In this document: piece after piece, positions 6,769-16,402 of the stretch
Numbering within the stretch: the stretch's first letter is position 1
Layout: the number at the start of each line of letters is the position of its first letter
NCBI GenBank assembly: GCA_964646065.1
Contig: CAZYDC010000001.1
Location: 1 to 28,098 of the forward strand
Length of the DNA stretch: 28,098 nt
Reading direction: 5' to 3'
DNA from: an uncultured Planctomycetaceae bacterium
Lineage (GTDB): Bacteria; Planctomycetota; Phycisphaerae; SM23-33
Position numbers and translations under genes: made by a program
The notes under the pieces: generated by a model
Told to the model about the DNA's origin: nothing
Database searches by the model: none
What the model saw: the letters and a program-made list of their open reading frames with translations, nothing else

Positions 6769-9321
6769 CTATGTCTCTATCAGGAGGACCTGTCCCCAGG
6801 TGATCGGCGGCAGTACGAAGGTCCAGCTCCGGCCGCTCTTCCTGACCGGCAGGGCCGGGCCGACCTCCGGCAGGGCGCATCGCACCGACGTGGGCCTGGG
6901 GCCGTTCCAGCGGATCGTCGTGTCCCATCGCGTCGGCGGCTGGGGCTGTTGCGCGGTGGGTTCGTAGGGCGGCGCAAACTGCTGCACATGCACGACCGTC
7001 GTGTTTCTGCCCTTGCGGAACATGCCTGTCAACAGTGGCGTCCCGCCGACGGTCTCCACGATCGGGCGGGGAAGGTCCGTCATCAATGACGCCACGGCCT
7101 GCACCGCCAAGGGCGATTGTGTGTAACGGTACAGCGTGCCCATGTCCACGGCCAACTGAATCACCTGGCCTTTGCCGACCGTGGTTCGGCGGATGACGGG
7201 ATTGTCCTTGCCCCAGCCCAGGCGGATTGTGCGGCCGACCAGTGTCTGGGCCGCCAGCGGCTTGGCCAGCAGGCGGGCCTTCGTGTCATCGTCAGACAGT
7301 TCAAAGACGAACTCCCTGCGATGCTCCAACTCGTCCCAAGTTGGGAACGACTGGCCGAAGGGCAGCATCGCGCGGTCGCCGACGCTCTGGGCGTGCTTCT
7401 GGCCCCAGCGGTCGCATAAGCCGAACCAGGGCCCGGCAATGACGGTCCCTCCGGCCCGGGCATACCGCAGGATCTGCTCGTATTGCGCGATTTCCAGGGC
7501 TACGGGCAGCGGCAGCAGCAGCAGGGGATAGTCTTTCAGCCCGGTCGCCGTCAGGTCTTCGTCGAAGATCACGTCGCAGGGCCGCCCATTGAAAGCCAGC
7601 GCGTGATGCCATCCGACGACGCTGTTCCAGTAGTAATCCTTCCACTGCTGGCTTTGGGTGAAGGCGGGGTTACGGCCGAAAACGAAGGTTTCTGTCTGTT
7701 GCGAGATGTGCAGGGCCAAGTAGGGCACGGCCGGCAGGTTGAGGTAGTCCTTACGCGCATGGAGTTCGTCGGCCAGACGCTGTATGGTGGGCATATGCAC
7801 GTCAATCCCGCCGCCGCCGAAGCTGGCATGCCCGCCTGCCGTGGCGCAGGCCAGGCCGAAATCTAGAATCTTCCGTGGATTGTGGTGCGGTCCGCGCGGG
7901 CCGTCCTGTTTGCCCATATTCATGGTCATCCATGCCTCGGTGGTCGCCCGCCCGCAGGCACGCATCATCCGCGTGTGCAGGTCGCCCTTGAGCGGCTCGT
8001 CGTCCACCTCGATGCCGCTGACGAAGTTCCGCCCGAACCGCGCCAGCGGGATCGCGGAGTTCCAACCGATGTTCTCGCGATGGTAGTGGTTGAAGACAAT
8101 GGTTGCCTGGGGCACCTTGGCGTGGACAGCGTCGACCAGTCGCTGCCAGTATTGGCTGAACGAATCGTACCGCCACTGCACGAAACGGCGCATCTCTGGC
8201 AGTGACCAGTCGTACCGGGCAGGCAATTCCATGCCGATGGCTTGGCGGAAAGCCGCCGCGCAGCCAGGGCACGTGCATGAGACCGGCTGGGGCGATTGCC
8301 AGATAGGCGTAAACGCCGAACCGTCGAACCAGATCCCATCGAGGTCGAAACGCTCCAACACCTCGATGCTGAAGTCGATCAGGGCCTGGCCGTAGCCGCT
8401 GTTGATGCAGCAACCGATGTCGCATGAGGTGGTCTGGCCGGCTTGGGGTGGCACCAGGTACTGCTGTCGCCACCCCGGTCGGGCCAGCCAGGCGGACCGC
8501 GATAGTGCCATCGGATACCAGGTCATGGCGCTGATTTTGTGGCGATGCAGCAGGCTTACCCAGTCGCGGAGCTGACGCTCGTAGTCGTCGCTGGCGACTT
8601 TGTCGGTGGGCATACAGGCCGATGGAAAATACGGCGAGCCGTTGCCGTCCACCATGCCGATCCACCGGGCATCCACGCCGCTGTTGGCGCAGGCGAGTTC
8701 ATAGACTTCTTTGACCGCGCCGCCGCAGCGGCCATCGGGCGCGGGGCGGTTCTCGTGGCGGACCACCGTCTGCGTGTAGTCGCGCCAGCGGGCGTCGCGG
8801 TCGGTCCGCAGAATGTCCAGGATGCCTCGCCGCACGTGTTCGACGTTGACGATGAGCTTCCAGCCCTTGACTCCGCTGATGACTCGTATGGCCAGCGTGT
8901 GCTGCCCGGGTGTCAGGCCCAGCGTTACGGGAAAGCGGATCTCGCCGACCGTGCCGGAGTTGCCCCCGCGAGTGTCGAATACTTCCCGTCCGTCCAGCCA
9001 CCACGCGGCGTACCAGTCGGCGTCGTAGGTGAGATTGACCGTGCAGGCCTCTGGGATCTCCAGTTGCATCAGGGCGTACGCCTGAGGAGAGCCATTGGGA
9101 TGGCCCAGGTGCTCGTGGAAGTCCACCACGGGGCCCTCAATCTGCACCGGCTTAACCGTCAGCGGCTTGCTGTCCAGACTGAAAGCATGCGGGATTGTCC
9201 TGGTGCCGTCCAAATCGACGGGGAACCAGAGATCGTTACCGCTTGGAGCGAAGAAAGGTCCAACCAGTGTCCAACGGGAGAACTGCTGGCGGATGTTTTG
9301 GGACAATGCGTCACGGGCCAT
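6769..9321 (-). CDS. Cytoplasmic glycoside-hydrolase-like protein: N-terminal beta-sandwich, GHL6/GH29-like TIM barrel, GH42-type trimerisation (GATase-like) domain
   Basis: SD GAAAGGA before ATG 9321. CCINSGY...FDLDGIWFDG resembles GH29/GHL6 barrels; CDVIFDEDLTATGLKDYPLLLLP...AGGTVIAG resembles the beta-galactosidase trimerisation domain; no signal peptide. Confidence 0.7.
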   Translation of the reverse strand: MARDALSQNIRQQFSRWTLVGPFFAPSGNDLWFPVDLDGTRTIPHAFSLDSKPLTVKPVQIEGPVVDFHEHLGHPNGSPQAYALMQLEIPEACTVNLTYDADWYAAWWLDGREVFDTRGGNSGTVGEIRFPVTLGLTPGQHTLAIRVISGVKGWKLIVNVEHVRRGILDILRTDRDARWRDYTQTVVRHENRPAPDGRCGGAVKEVYELACANSGVDARWIGMVDGNGSPYFPSACMPTDKVASDDYERQLRDWVSLLHRHKISAMTWYPMALSRSAWLARPGWRQQYLVPPQAGQTTSCDIGCCINSGYGQALIDFSIEVLERFDLDGIWFDGSAFTPIWQSPQPVSCTCPGCAAAFRQAIGMELPARYDWSLPEMRRFVQWRYDSFSQYWQRLVDAVHAKVPQATIVFNHYHRENIGWNSAIPLARFGRNFVSGIEVDDEPLKGDLHTRMMRACGRATTEAWMTMNMGKQDGPRGPHHNPRKILDFGLACATAGGHASFGGGGIDVHMPTIQRLADELHARKDYLNLPAVPYLALHISQQTETFVFGRNPAFTQSQQWKDYYWNSVVGWHHALAFNGRPCDVIFDEDLTATGLKDYPLLLLPLPVALEIAQYEQILRYARAGGTVIAGPWFGLCDRWGQKHAQSVGDRAMLPFGQSFPTWDELEHRREFVFELSDDDTKARLLAKPLAAQTLVGRTIRLGWGKDNPVIRRTTVGKGQVIQLAVDMGTLYRYTQSPLAVQAVASLMTDLPRPIVETVGGTPLLTGMFRKGRNTTVVHVQQFAPPYEPTAQQPQPPTRWDTTIRWNGPRPTSVRCALPEVGPALPVRKSGRSWTFVLPPITWGQVLLIET

Positions 9322-9472
9322 CGGTGATCCTTTCAGCGAGAACGGCCAAGCCAACGTTTTTTCCGTTTCCTGGTGGCGACCAGCCGTTCGCATGGTTTCC
9401 ATAACTTTACACTGCTTTGGCGTAGCCACAAGCAGATTACCCCTATGGTCCTGAGGGGTTCATCTTCTATTA

Positions 9473-9493
9473 GCGGGTCACTGCGGGTCACTG
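9473..9493. promoter_or_regulatory. Tandem 10-bp direct repeat in the divergent promoter region
   Basis: GCGGGTCACT x2, immediately upstream of a TTGGCG-18-TAAGAT promoter candidate (9496-9525). Confidence 0.45.
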
Positions 9494-9641
9494 TCTTGGC
9501 GGGCAGGCCCGAACATGGTTAAGATACCCGCCTGCGGATGCTGAGCCGGTAGAGAAACATCCGATCCGGTGATGAAAATGGCGTGGGTTGAGGGCGTCTG
9601 CAGAAACCGCCTTGCGGCGGCACTACGAACAAGGAGAACGA

Positions 9642-11720
9642 ATGCTGGCGAGACTAGGTCGATTGGCGGTCCCGGCGACGGGAATGGCGTTTCACTACTA
9701 CCACAAGCAGGCGCGATCCTCGCAGCGGGATCAACTCCGCCAGATCAAGGACCTGGGGTTTGACGTCATTCAGACGGAGGAATCCCCGGTCGCGCCCGGC
9801 AGTCCGTCCGGGCCGCTGGACCCGGTGATCGCCTGGAACCACATCGAGATCGGCAAGGACAAGTACGATTGGGGCTTCCTGGACCGCCTCGTGGAGGACT
9901 GCGAAGCGGTCGGCCTGAAGCTTTTCCACGACATCGAACTGGTGCATCACCTGCCGACCTGGGTGGCCCGGAAGTATCCGGGCACCGAGTGGGTTTACCC
10001 TACAGGCGAGACACTGGGATTTTACCACCGCCGGTTCTGCTATGCGGATTACCACATGCGATGCTTCAGCATGGCCCATCCTGCCTGCCGAGCGGCGGCC
10101 GCTGACTTCATGCACAAGGTGGCCCATCGATACGCCGCATCTCCGGCGGTGGTGGGCTACATTCTTTTCGAGGAGATCGGCCTGAACTATCCGCACGACC
10201 TGACCTGGTACGGTCAGGATGTGGGTCCGGCCACGGTGGCGGGTTTCCGCGAATATCTCGAGAAGGAATATGGCACGCTGGCGAATCTCAATCGGCGGTA
10301 CGAGAGGAAGTACCGCGATTTCAAGGCGGCGGCTTCGGATCGCACGATTTTCGACGCGCACCCCAGGCCGCATCGCGGGTGGATGGACTGGTGCTACTAT
10401 CGCGCCCAGTACGTGTCCAGGTTCTTCCGCGACGCCCGCGACGCGGTCAAGCAGGCCGACCCCCAGGCCGTCATGGTCGCCTCGGGGGCCGACGCCTACG
10501 AAAGCTACTGGATCGTCCAGGGCTTCCGCGACGAGTCCGCGCCGTTCTTCGACATCATGCCGCACAAACTCGGCCCGGAGGCGGGGAGGCAGGACGTCGT
10601 CCGAAACTATTTCTCCAACAACACCCGGTCGGCCGTCGGCCTGAGCAACCTCAACGGCGGAACGCTCAACGACCAAATGCCCGCGCACGACATCGCCCGC
10701 AAGATGTTCGCCGCCCTGGGCATGGCCTGCCGGTGGACATCGCTGTACGCGTGGCATTGGTACTCGCACGACGACCCAAAAACCGGAAAGCGAATCCTGC
10801 ATGAAAACCTGCGGGGGCTGCTGCCCTATGTGCGATGGATCGCGCCGCGGCGCGAACTGTTCGGCAATCTCCGCCCAGCGGACGCCCAGGTCGCCGTCCT
10901 CAAGCCCGAACGGTCCGACGCCGTTAATTTCTGGCAGTACATGGCTCACGACCCGCGGATTCTTCGCAAAAGCCATTCCTGGCCCAGCCTTTTCACGCAG
11001 GCGGGCTGCCGCATCAAGTCGTTTCTGACCGATGCGAACATCCCCATCAACGTCTTTGCCGAGGAACGCCTCGCCGAGGAACTCGCATCGGGGCAGTATC
11101 GCATGTTGCTCCTGATCGACTCCCATCTGACGGCCAACACCGCGCAGGCCATTCGCGACTGGGTAGACAAAGGCGGAAAACTCCTGCTGACGCCGGGCGC
11201 CGGAAGGTACGACGAGGCCGGGAATCCCAGGGGATACTTCGACGATCTGATTCGCCATTGCAATTATCTGTCGCTTTTGCATCGGGATTTTGGCGGCTGG
11301 AAAGAAGACGGCCGGTTCCCTATGGATGCCGAGGTCGTGATGCTGGAGGCGCCGTCGTCCCTTCAGTTGCCGCCGTTGATGAAATGGGCGGGTATCCAAC
11401 AGGCATTGGAATTCGAGGGCGACTTGCGGCCCGAAGACCCGGATTTCGAGGTCGGCACCAATGACTTCCATCCCGGCGCCGGCCTTTGGCAGGGGCGGAT
11501 CAGCGTCTACCCGCTGACGAATCCCGACGGGCAAACCGTCTACATTCTGGTCCAAAAGGGAACGGACGTCCAGCCGCTTAAGGAGGTTCCGGTGGTCTGG
11601 TCCGGCGGGCCGGTGCGTGTGCTGCGGCCGCCATCGCCCCGATCCGTTCGGGTCCTGCCGGCCAAGGGCAAGCTGGTGTTGCCGGCCTGGCGAGATGTCC
11701 TTATCATGGTCCCGGAATAG
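9642..11720 (+). CDS. GH42-like (clan GH-A) beta-galactosidase-family protein with trimerisation domain; atypical catalytic motifs
   Basis: SD AAGGAG before ATG 9642. AWNHIEIGKDKYDWGFLDRLVE, LANLNRRY and YRMLLL...WVDKGGKLLLTPGAGRYDE resemble GH42; no signal peptide. Confidence 0.75.
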   Translation: MLARLGRLAVPATGMAFHYYHKQARSSQRDQLRQIKDLGFDVIQTEESPVAPGSPSGPLDPVIAWNHIEIGKDKYDWGFLDRLVEDCEAVGLKLFHDIELVHHLPTWVARKYPGTEWVYPTGETLGFYHRRFCYADYHMRCFSMAHPACRAAAADFMHKVAHRYAASPAVVGYILFEEIGLNYPHDLTWYGQDVGPATVAGFREYLEKEYGTLANLNRRYERKYRDFKAAASDRTIFDAHPRPHRGWMDWCYYRAQYVSRFFRDARDAVKQADPQAVMVASGADAYESYWIVQGFRDESAPFFDIMPHKLGPEAGRQDVVRNYFSNNTRSAVGLSNLNGGTLNDQMPAHDIARKMFAALGMACRWTSLYAWHWYSHDDPKTGKRILHENLRGLLPYVRWIAPRRELFGNLRPADAQVAVLKPERSDAVNFWQYMAHDPRILRKSHSWPSLFTQAGCRIKSFLTDANIPINVFAEERLAEELASGQYRMLLLIDSHLTANTAQAIRDWVDKGGKLLLTPGAGRYDEAGNPRGYFDDLIRHCNYLSLLHRDFGGWKEDGRFPMDAEVVMLEAPSSLQLPPLMKWAGIQQALEFEGDLRPEDPDFEVGTNDFHPGAGLWQGRISVYPLTNPDGQTVYILVQKGTDVQPLKEVPVVWSGGPVRVLRPPSPRSVRVLPAKGKLVLPAWRDVLIMVPE

Positions 11721-11732
11721 CGAGCCGCGACC

Positions 11733-11950
11733 GGTAGGAAGCGGAAAGGAACAGGGTGCCACGTCCAGGTCTGCGCGAACATCCGCAATCCGCGCCTGAT
11801 ACACCGGGCCATGGCGTTTCAGCAGGACAACATGAACCGCACGCTCGACTCGTACCAGGATCTCGATGTGCTGAGCATCAACACCGCACCCGAGGATCAC
11901 TTCCTTATGGGCGGAGCCCGGCCTTACAGCAGGTCGATGATCCACTTGAG
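11733..11950 (+). pseudogene. Headless coding-like fragment of an unknown enzyme
   Basis: Open frame HVQVCANIRNPRLIHRAMAFQQDNMNRTLDSYQDLDVLSINT has coding-like codon usage but no convincing start or family motif. Confidence 0.3.
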
Positions 11951-12118
11951 GGTCCAGAAATACTCCCGCAACCTGCGTTGCACCCCGGGGAGTCCTCTGT
12001 ATCGCTGCTTTGAGTCCCTCCCGTGTAATCTCGATCGAGTTGTGTTTGTCGTCCTCGATTCGAGCCCAGACCTTGTCGGCCGCCGCACGTCCTGTCCCCG
12101 ACATGACGACTGCCGATT

Positions 12119-12374
12119 ATGCGATAAACCCGTTCGATTGGCCATATCGCGATCTTTCTTGAACTATGGCTTCCCTTGTCTGCGGGATGGTGTTTCTGGG
12201 TTGCCCGGTCCAGCAGGCCAATCCGACATCGCTGCCGGCGGGGGACATCGAAGTGTACTTCTCCCCAAGGGCGGCCGCACGGACGCCGTTGTGAGGGCGC
12301 TGGCGGACGCCAAACAAACCGTTTACGTCCAGGCCTATTCCTTCGCATCGGCCCCAATGGCCAAGGCCCTCGTT
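12119..12374 (+). pseudogene. Truncated, frameshifted phospholipase-D-family (Nuc-like) nuclease
   Basis: ..FLGC lipobox-like segment, then DIEVYFSP | frameshift near 12262-12266 | KGGRTDAVVRALADAKQTVYVQAYSFASAPMAKALV, the characteristic Nuc N-terminus; cut off before any HKD motif. Confidence 0.8.
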
Positions 12375-12663
12375 GTGCGGTCCGTTCGCAGCAGCGGGGA
12401 GATCAAGTGGCAAGGACAACGGATGTATCTGGGGGAAGTGTTGGCCGACGAGAACGTCGGACTGGAGCCGATCATGGAGGGTGGCTGGTGTACTTTTGCA
12501 AGATGCCGCTTGGGGTGCTGGACGATCGGCGGGGAAAGGTGTGGACGTTGGAGGCGGCGATACGGAAGGGCTGGTTATCGGCGGACGCTCTGCCCGCCTC
12601 CTTCCGCCGCGCTCCATGGACCGGGCAGAGCGTGGATGTGTAAACAAGGTTCCCGGTTGCACA
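12375..12663 (+). mobile_element. IS481-family insertion sequence remnant (transposase C-terminus and right end)
   Basis: VRSVRSSGEIKWQGQRMYLGEVLADENVGLEPI | frameshift | WLVYFCKMPLGVLDDRR resembles the IS481 transposase tail; terminal-repeat-like TGTAAACAAGGTTCCCGGTTGCACA ends in ACA at 12663. Confidence 0.75.
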
Positions 12664-12772
12664 AGATGCTCTAACTCAAATCCTCCAGTGCCATCCTTTG
12701 CGGAATCGCTGAGGACATGGGCGAAACATGTAATATCACGCCCAAGTCCGGTAGAATCGTGCACAACGTCGA

Positions 12773-12808
12773 CGGTGGTCGGCAACGAGAGTTTATATGG
12801 GAAATGTC
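12773..12808 (+). promoter_or_regulatory. Conserved 36-bp leader motif, copy B
   Basis: CGGTGGTCGGCAACGAGAGTTTATATGGGAAATGTC; TAGAAT (12752-12757) lies 15 nt upstream. Confidence 0.7.
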
Positions 12809-12841
12809 AGTTCGGAGTTCCGGCCATCGGAGACCCAGAAG

Positions 12842-15800
12842 ATGAAACGACAAACGAACAACTACGTGCGGGGAATCGCGGGAATACTTCTGGCGTTGGC
12901 TACGATTGGAGGATGCGCCCCGGAACCGAAGTGCTTTGAAGTGGACGACGTTTTTCTGGCGCACGCGCCGACATTTGAACCGGGCCGGTTCGGTCAGGCG
13001 GTGCGCGATCCGCTGGCGGGACACGGCGGCCTGTTCTTGTGGTATCCCAGCGTCCTGCCGGAAGAAGGAACTTTTTCCGGGTGGGTCAAACCGGAGGCCG
13101 GGCTGGGATGGGGGCCGCTGTTTCCGCATATTCAGACGGACACGGCGCTGGGCGGGAAACCGGATTACGGGTTGGAGGTCAATCCCGACTGGCTGGGGCT
13201 GGCGATTCAGGGCCAGCGGCCGGACAAGCTCACGACGGACGCCCAAGAGCGATTCGGAGTCGGCCGGCATTTGAAGATTCGCCAGTGGAACCACATCGCG
13301 GCAACCTTCGGGCCACAGGAGACGAAGGTGTACGTCAACGGGGAACTGGCCGCGACAGGTCCGGGTATTGCGCTGCGGGGCAACCCGGGGCGCGACTACC
13401 TGAGCCTGGTGACGGACCTCATGCAGATCCATGCCCCGGGGCTCCTGGACGAATTCATCCTGTTCAACCGGGTGCTGCCGGCCCAAGAGGTTCAGGCACT
13501 GTACAGGCGAACCGAGCCCTACCCGGAAGGACAGGACACGGTGGCCATCTGGCGGTTCGACGGCGACACACGAATGCGATTGCCCAAACAGGCAAGGGCA
13601 ACCGGCGGCTCGCTGTTCTACCGCACTGGCAGTGCGTACAGCCTCTTCCGCGACGAGCGGGGGGTGGCGATCAAGATGAATGTCATCAACTGGAACGCCC
13701 AGCCGGTGGAATGGACGGTGAGGCTCAAGGTGGACGACATGCACCGCAACCGGGTGTATGACAAGACCCTCCCGGTCAGTCTTGCCGCCCGCAGCCAGAA
13801 GCAGTGGTCGCAGAAGTTCGAGGGATTGGCCAACGGCATGTTCTATGGCACGTTCGAGCTGGCGGCCAAAGACGGAACGGTGCTGGACCGGCGGGGCTCG
13901 ATCTTCGGCAAGACGCTGGCGCCGGACCGGATGAAGATTACCCAGGACGCGCGGTTCCAGGTCGGGGCCGAGGCCGCCACGTACTGCAACTGGCCGGACA
14001 ACGGCATGACGTTCACGCTGATGCGCCAGTCCAACTGGGCCGACGTCGAACCGGAACAAGGAAAATGGTCTTGGGCCATCCTGGACGCCTTTGTGAAACA
14101 AGCGAGGGCGGAAAACATTCACTTTGTCTTCGGATCGGCGAGCTGTCCGCTCTGGGCGGTGAAGGAAGGCGCCACATGGGCATCGGGTAATTGGGAGATG
14201 GTCCCCCAAAACCCCCAGGGCTTTTCGACCTACGTGGAGGCGCTGGCCCGTCGTTACAAGGGGCAGGTCGAAACCTTCGAGGTGTGCAACGAGCCGGGCT
14301 ACCTGACGCCGACGGAATACGCCGACTTTGTCGCTCGGGCCAAGCGGGCGATACAAACGGCGGGCGCGGACATCAAGGTGATCGCCGGTTTCCATTCCAG
14401 TCAGCAATGGCTGGACCAGATGGTCGTAAAGACCAAAGGCTCGATGGATATCCTCAGCACGCACCCCTACTGCTGCCTGACCCTGGAAAATGAAAAGGAC
14501 GTCTATCCCACCTACCTGAAAATGCTGCCACACGTGCGATCTCTGGGCATGACCGGCCCGTGGTGGGCCACCGAGGTAGGCAACTGGGGCGGCCACTTGC
14601 GGGCCGACGGCTATCCGATGACGCGGGAGGACGAACGGCGGTTCCGCGGCGAAACGCCGGCGCGGCGAGAACAGTCGCTGGAGTATTTCAATTCGCAGGA
14701 AGACCTGGCCAACATGGCCGTCCGGTCCATGCTGGTGAGTTTTGCCTCCGGAGTGGAACGGTACAGTTGGCATTACTACAGGGCGTTGAGTTCGTGCGAC
14801 TGCATCGCCGACTACCACCTGCTGGCGTTCGGGAACGTCGTTGGGCTGCTGACCGGAGGCGAGTTCGTCCGGCAACTGGACCTGGGCGGCGACGACCTGT
14901 GGGCCTTCCAATTCCGCAACAAGGGCCGGACGATCATCGCGTATTGGCAGGCGGCCAAGGCCCCCGCGCCCCGCAAGGCGCACTTCAAGGTGAACACGGC
15001 GACGTATGCCCTGACCGACATCTACGGCAACAGCAAGGAATACAAGAGTCAGGAGGGTCTGGCCGAGGTGGAAGTGACCTCGGTGCCGCAATTCCTGCGG
15101 ACATCGGACACAGACATAACGGTGATCGAACCGGTGCTGGCGCTGCGCGGCGACGCGGTGATTATGCCCGGACAGGAGAGCAAAATTACGGCGACCATCC
15201 GCGATCCGCTGTCCAAAACGATAACGGGCAAGCTGACGTTGCATGCTCCGGCCGGTGTCACGCTGGCGCCCGCGGATTTCACGTTCGAGGCCGGGCCCGG
15301 CGAGGAAAGGAGCCTTCAGAGCACTCTGCTCGTTCCGCCAGGCCTGGGACTGATGGACAGGCAGATCCGTGCGGAAATCCAGACGGACCGCCTCGGTTCG
15401 CTGGAGCGGACGCTTGCGATGAACGTGCGGCAGTCCACCACGTGCGCGAAGCTGAACAAGGAAATCCGGATCGACGGAGACCTGGGCAAATGGGCGGATG
15501 TCCCGGCGATCCATCTGGACCGCAAGAGCCAGGTGATCGCCGGATCGGTGCGCCCCGAAGGAGACCCCAACCCGACGATGCTCTATGAGTGGGACGGGCC
15601 CCAAGACCTCAGCGGGATAGTCAGGACGGCATGGGATCCAACGAATCTGTACATGAGCGTCAAGGTGCGAAAAAAAGGCCGGATTCTGAACACGCCGCGC
15701 CAGCAACGGAGCACGGCGCTGTACGAGGGCGACTGCGTCGAGCTGTTCCTGGATTTTGAGCCCAGGGAAGGCAAAGGTTATGGGCCCAATACATGGCAAA

Positions 15801-16135
15801 TCTTCCTTGTACCGCCGACCGAGGATCACCCGACGGCCACTTGCAACGTGTTCCAGCCGGCGGCGAGGCAACTGGCGGGCATCGAGCTCGTGGGCAAGGT
15901 CGTGGAAGGCGGGTATGTGATCGAGGCGAAAATTCCGTGGTCGAACTTCGCGCCCTTTGCGCATGAGGCGGGTAAGGTTATCGGGTTCGACGTGGCCATT
16001 GACGACCAGGATAGCCCGGTCGAACAGGTTTACTCCGACGGCAAGGGGTTCCGCAAATGCCAGATCGGCTGGGGAGAAAACAAGAATTTCTCTGGAGACC
16101 GGAGCCAGTTCGGCCGGATGGTTCTTGGAAAGTAA
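12842..16135 (+). CDS. Multidomain lipoprotein glycoside hydrolase: LamG-like, GH39-like clan GH-A barrel, NEW3-like, CBM9-like
   Basis: Lipobox IGG-C; LamG motif WNHIAATF..KVYVNGEL..LDEFILFNRVL; acid/base VCNEP (14288-14296); nucleophile WATE (14573); CBM9-like IDGDLGKW..DLSGIVRTAWDPTNLY..GDCVELFLD..IEAKIPW..GFDVAIDDQD. Confidence 0.85.
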   Translation: MKRQTNNYVRGIAGILLALATIGGCAPEPKCFEVDDVFLAHAPTFEPGRFGQAVRDPLAGHGGLFLWYPSVLPEEGTFSGWVKPEAGLGWGPLFPHIQTDTALGGKPDYGLEVNPDWLGLAIQGQRPDKLTTDAQERFGVGRHLKIRQWNHIAATFGPQETKVYVNGELAATGPGIALRGNPGRDYLSLVTDLMQIHAPGLLDEFILFNRVLPAQEVQALYRRTEPYPEGQDTVAIWRFDGDTRMRLPKQARATGGSLFYRTGSAYSLFRDERGVAIKMNVINWNAQPVEWTVRLKVDDMHRNRVYDKTLPVSLAARSQKQWSQKFEGLANGMFYGTFELAAKDGTVLDRRGSIFGKTLAPDRMKITQDARFQVGAEAATYCNWPDNGMTFTLMRQSNWADVEPEQGKWSWAILDAFVKQARAENIHFVFGSASCPLWAVKEGATWASGNWEMVPQNPQGFSTYVEALARRYKGQVETFEVCNEPGYLTPTEYADFVARAKRAIQTAGADIKVIAGFHSSQQWLDQMVVKTKGSMDILSTHPYCCLTLENEKDVYPTYLKMLPHVRSLGMTGPWWATEVGNWGGHLRADGYPMTREDERRFRGETPARREQSLEYFNSQEDLANMAVRSMLVSFASGVERYSWHYYRALSSCDCIADYHLLAFGNVVGLLTGGEFVRQLDLGGDDLWAFQFRNKGRTIIAYWQAAKAPAPRKAHFKVNTATYALTDIYGNSKEYKSQEGLAEVEVTSVPQFLRTSDTDITVIEPVLALRGDAVIMPGQESKITATIRDPLSKTITGKLTLHAPAGVTLAPADFTFEAGPGEERSLQSTLLVPPGLGLMDRQIRAEIQTDRLGSLERTLAMNVRQSTTCAKLNKEIRIDGDLGKWADVPAIHLDRKSQVIAGSVRPEGDPNPTMLYEWDGPQDLSGIVRTAWDPTNLYMSVKVRKKGRILNTPRQQRSTALYEGDCVELFLDFEPREGKGYGPNTWQIFLVPPTEDHPTATCNVFQPAARQLAGIELVGKVVEGGYVIEAKIPWSNFAPFAHEAGKVIGFDVAIDDQDSPVEQVYSDGKGFRKCQIGWGENKNFSGDRSQFGRMVLGK

Positions 16136-16402
16136 CTGGACGGGCATAACGTATGAAGGAGCCTCGCCGGCCCTTACCGTATGTGAATACCACCCCCGGC
16201 AAGTTCTCCGCCAACGACGACAAGGGCAGGTATCCTGAACACGTGAGATATGAATACCACGTTTGGGTCTATGAGACTGTTGGCCATCACCGTTGCAGGG
16301 CTGGCCGTGTGGGTTGGAATAGCGGTAGCCACGCGTCAAGGTGAGGCAGGTTGGCTGCCAACAAGGCAATGGACGAAACACATAATGTCCCGGGCTCGCC
16401 AG

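Noticed and set aside
11811-12674. 287-aa ORF as a real protein
   Set aside because: Chimera of unrelated pseudogene and IS fragments with internal frameshifts.
12671-16381. 1236-aa minus-strand ORF, and similar long ORFs at 9654-12104, 16630-18270, 19632-21656, 4790-6109 and 24817-26091
   Set aside because: Stop-poor antisense frames expected from GC-rich codon bias; no motifs, and each overlaps a well-supported gene on the other strand.
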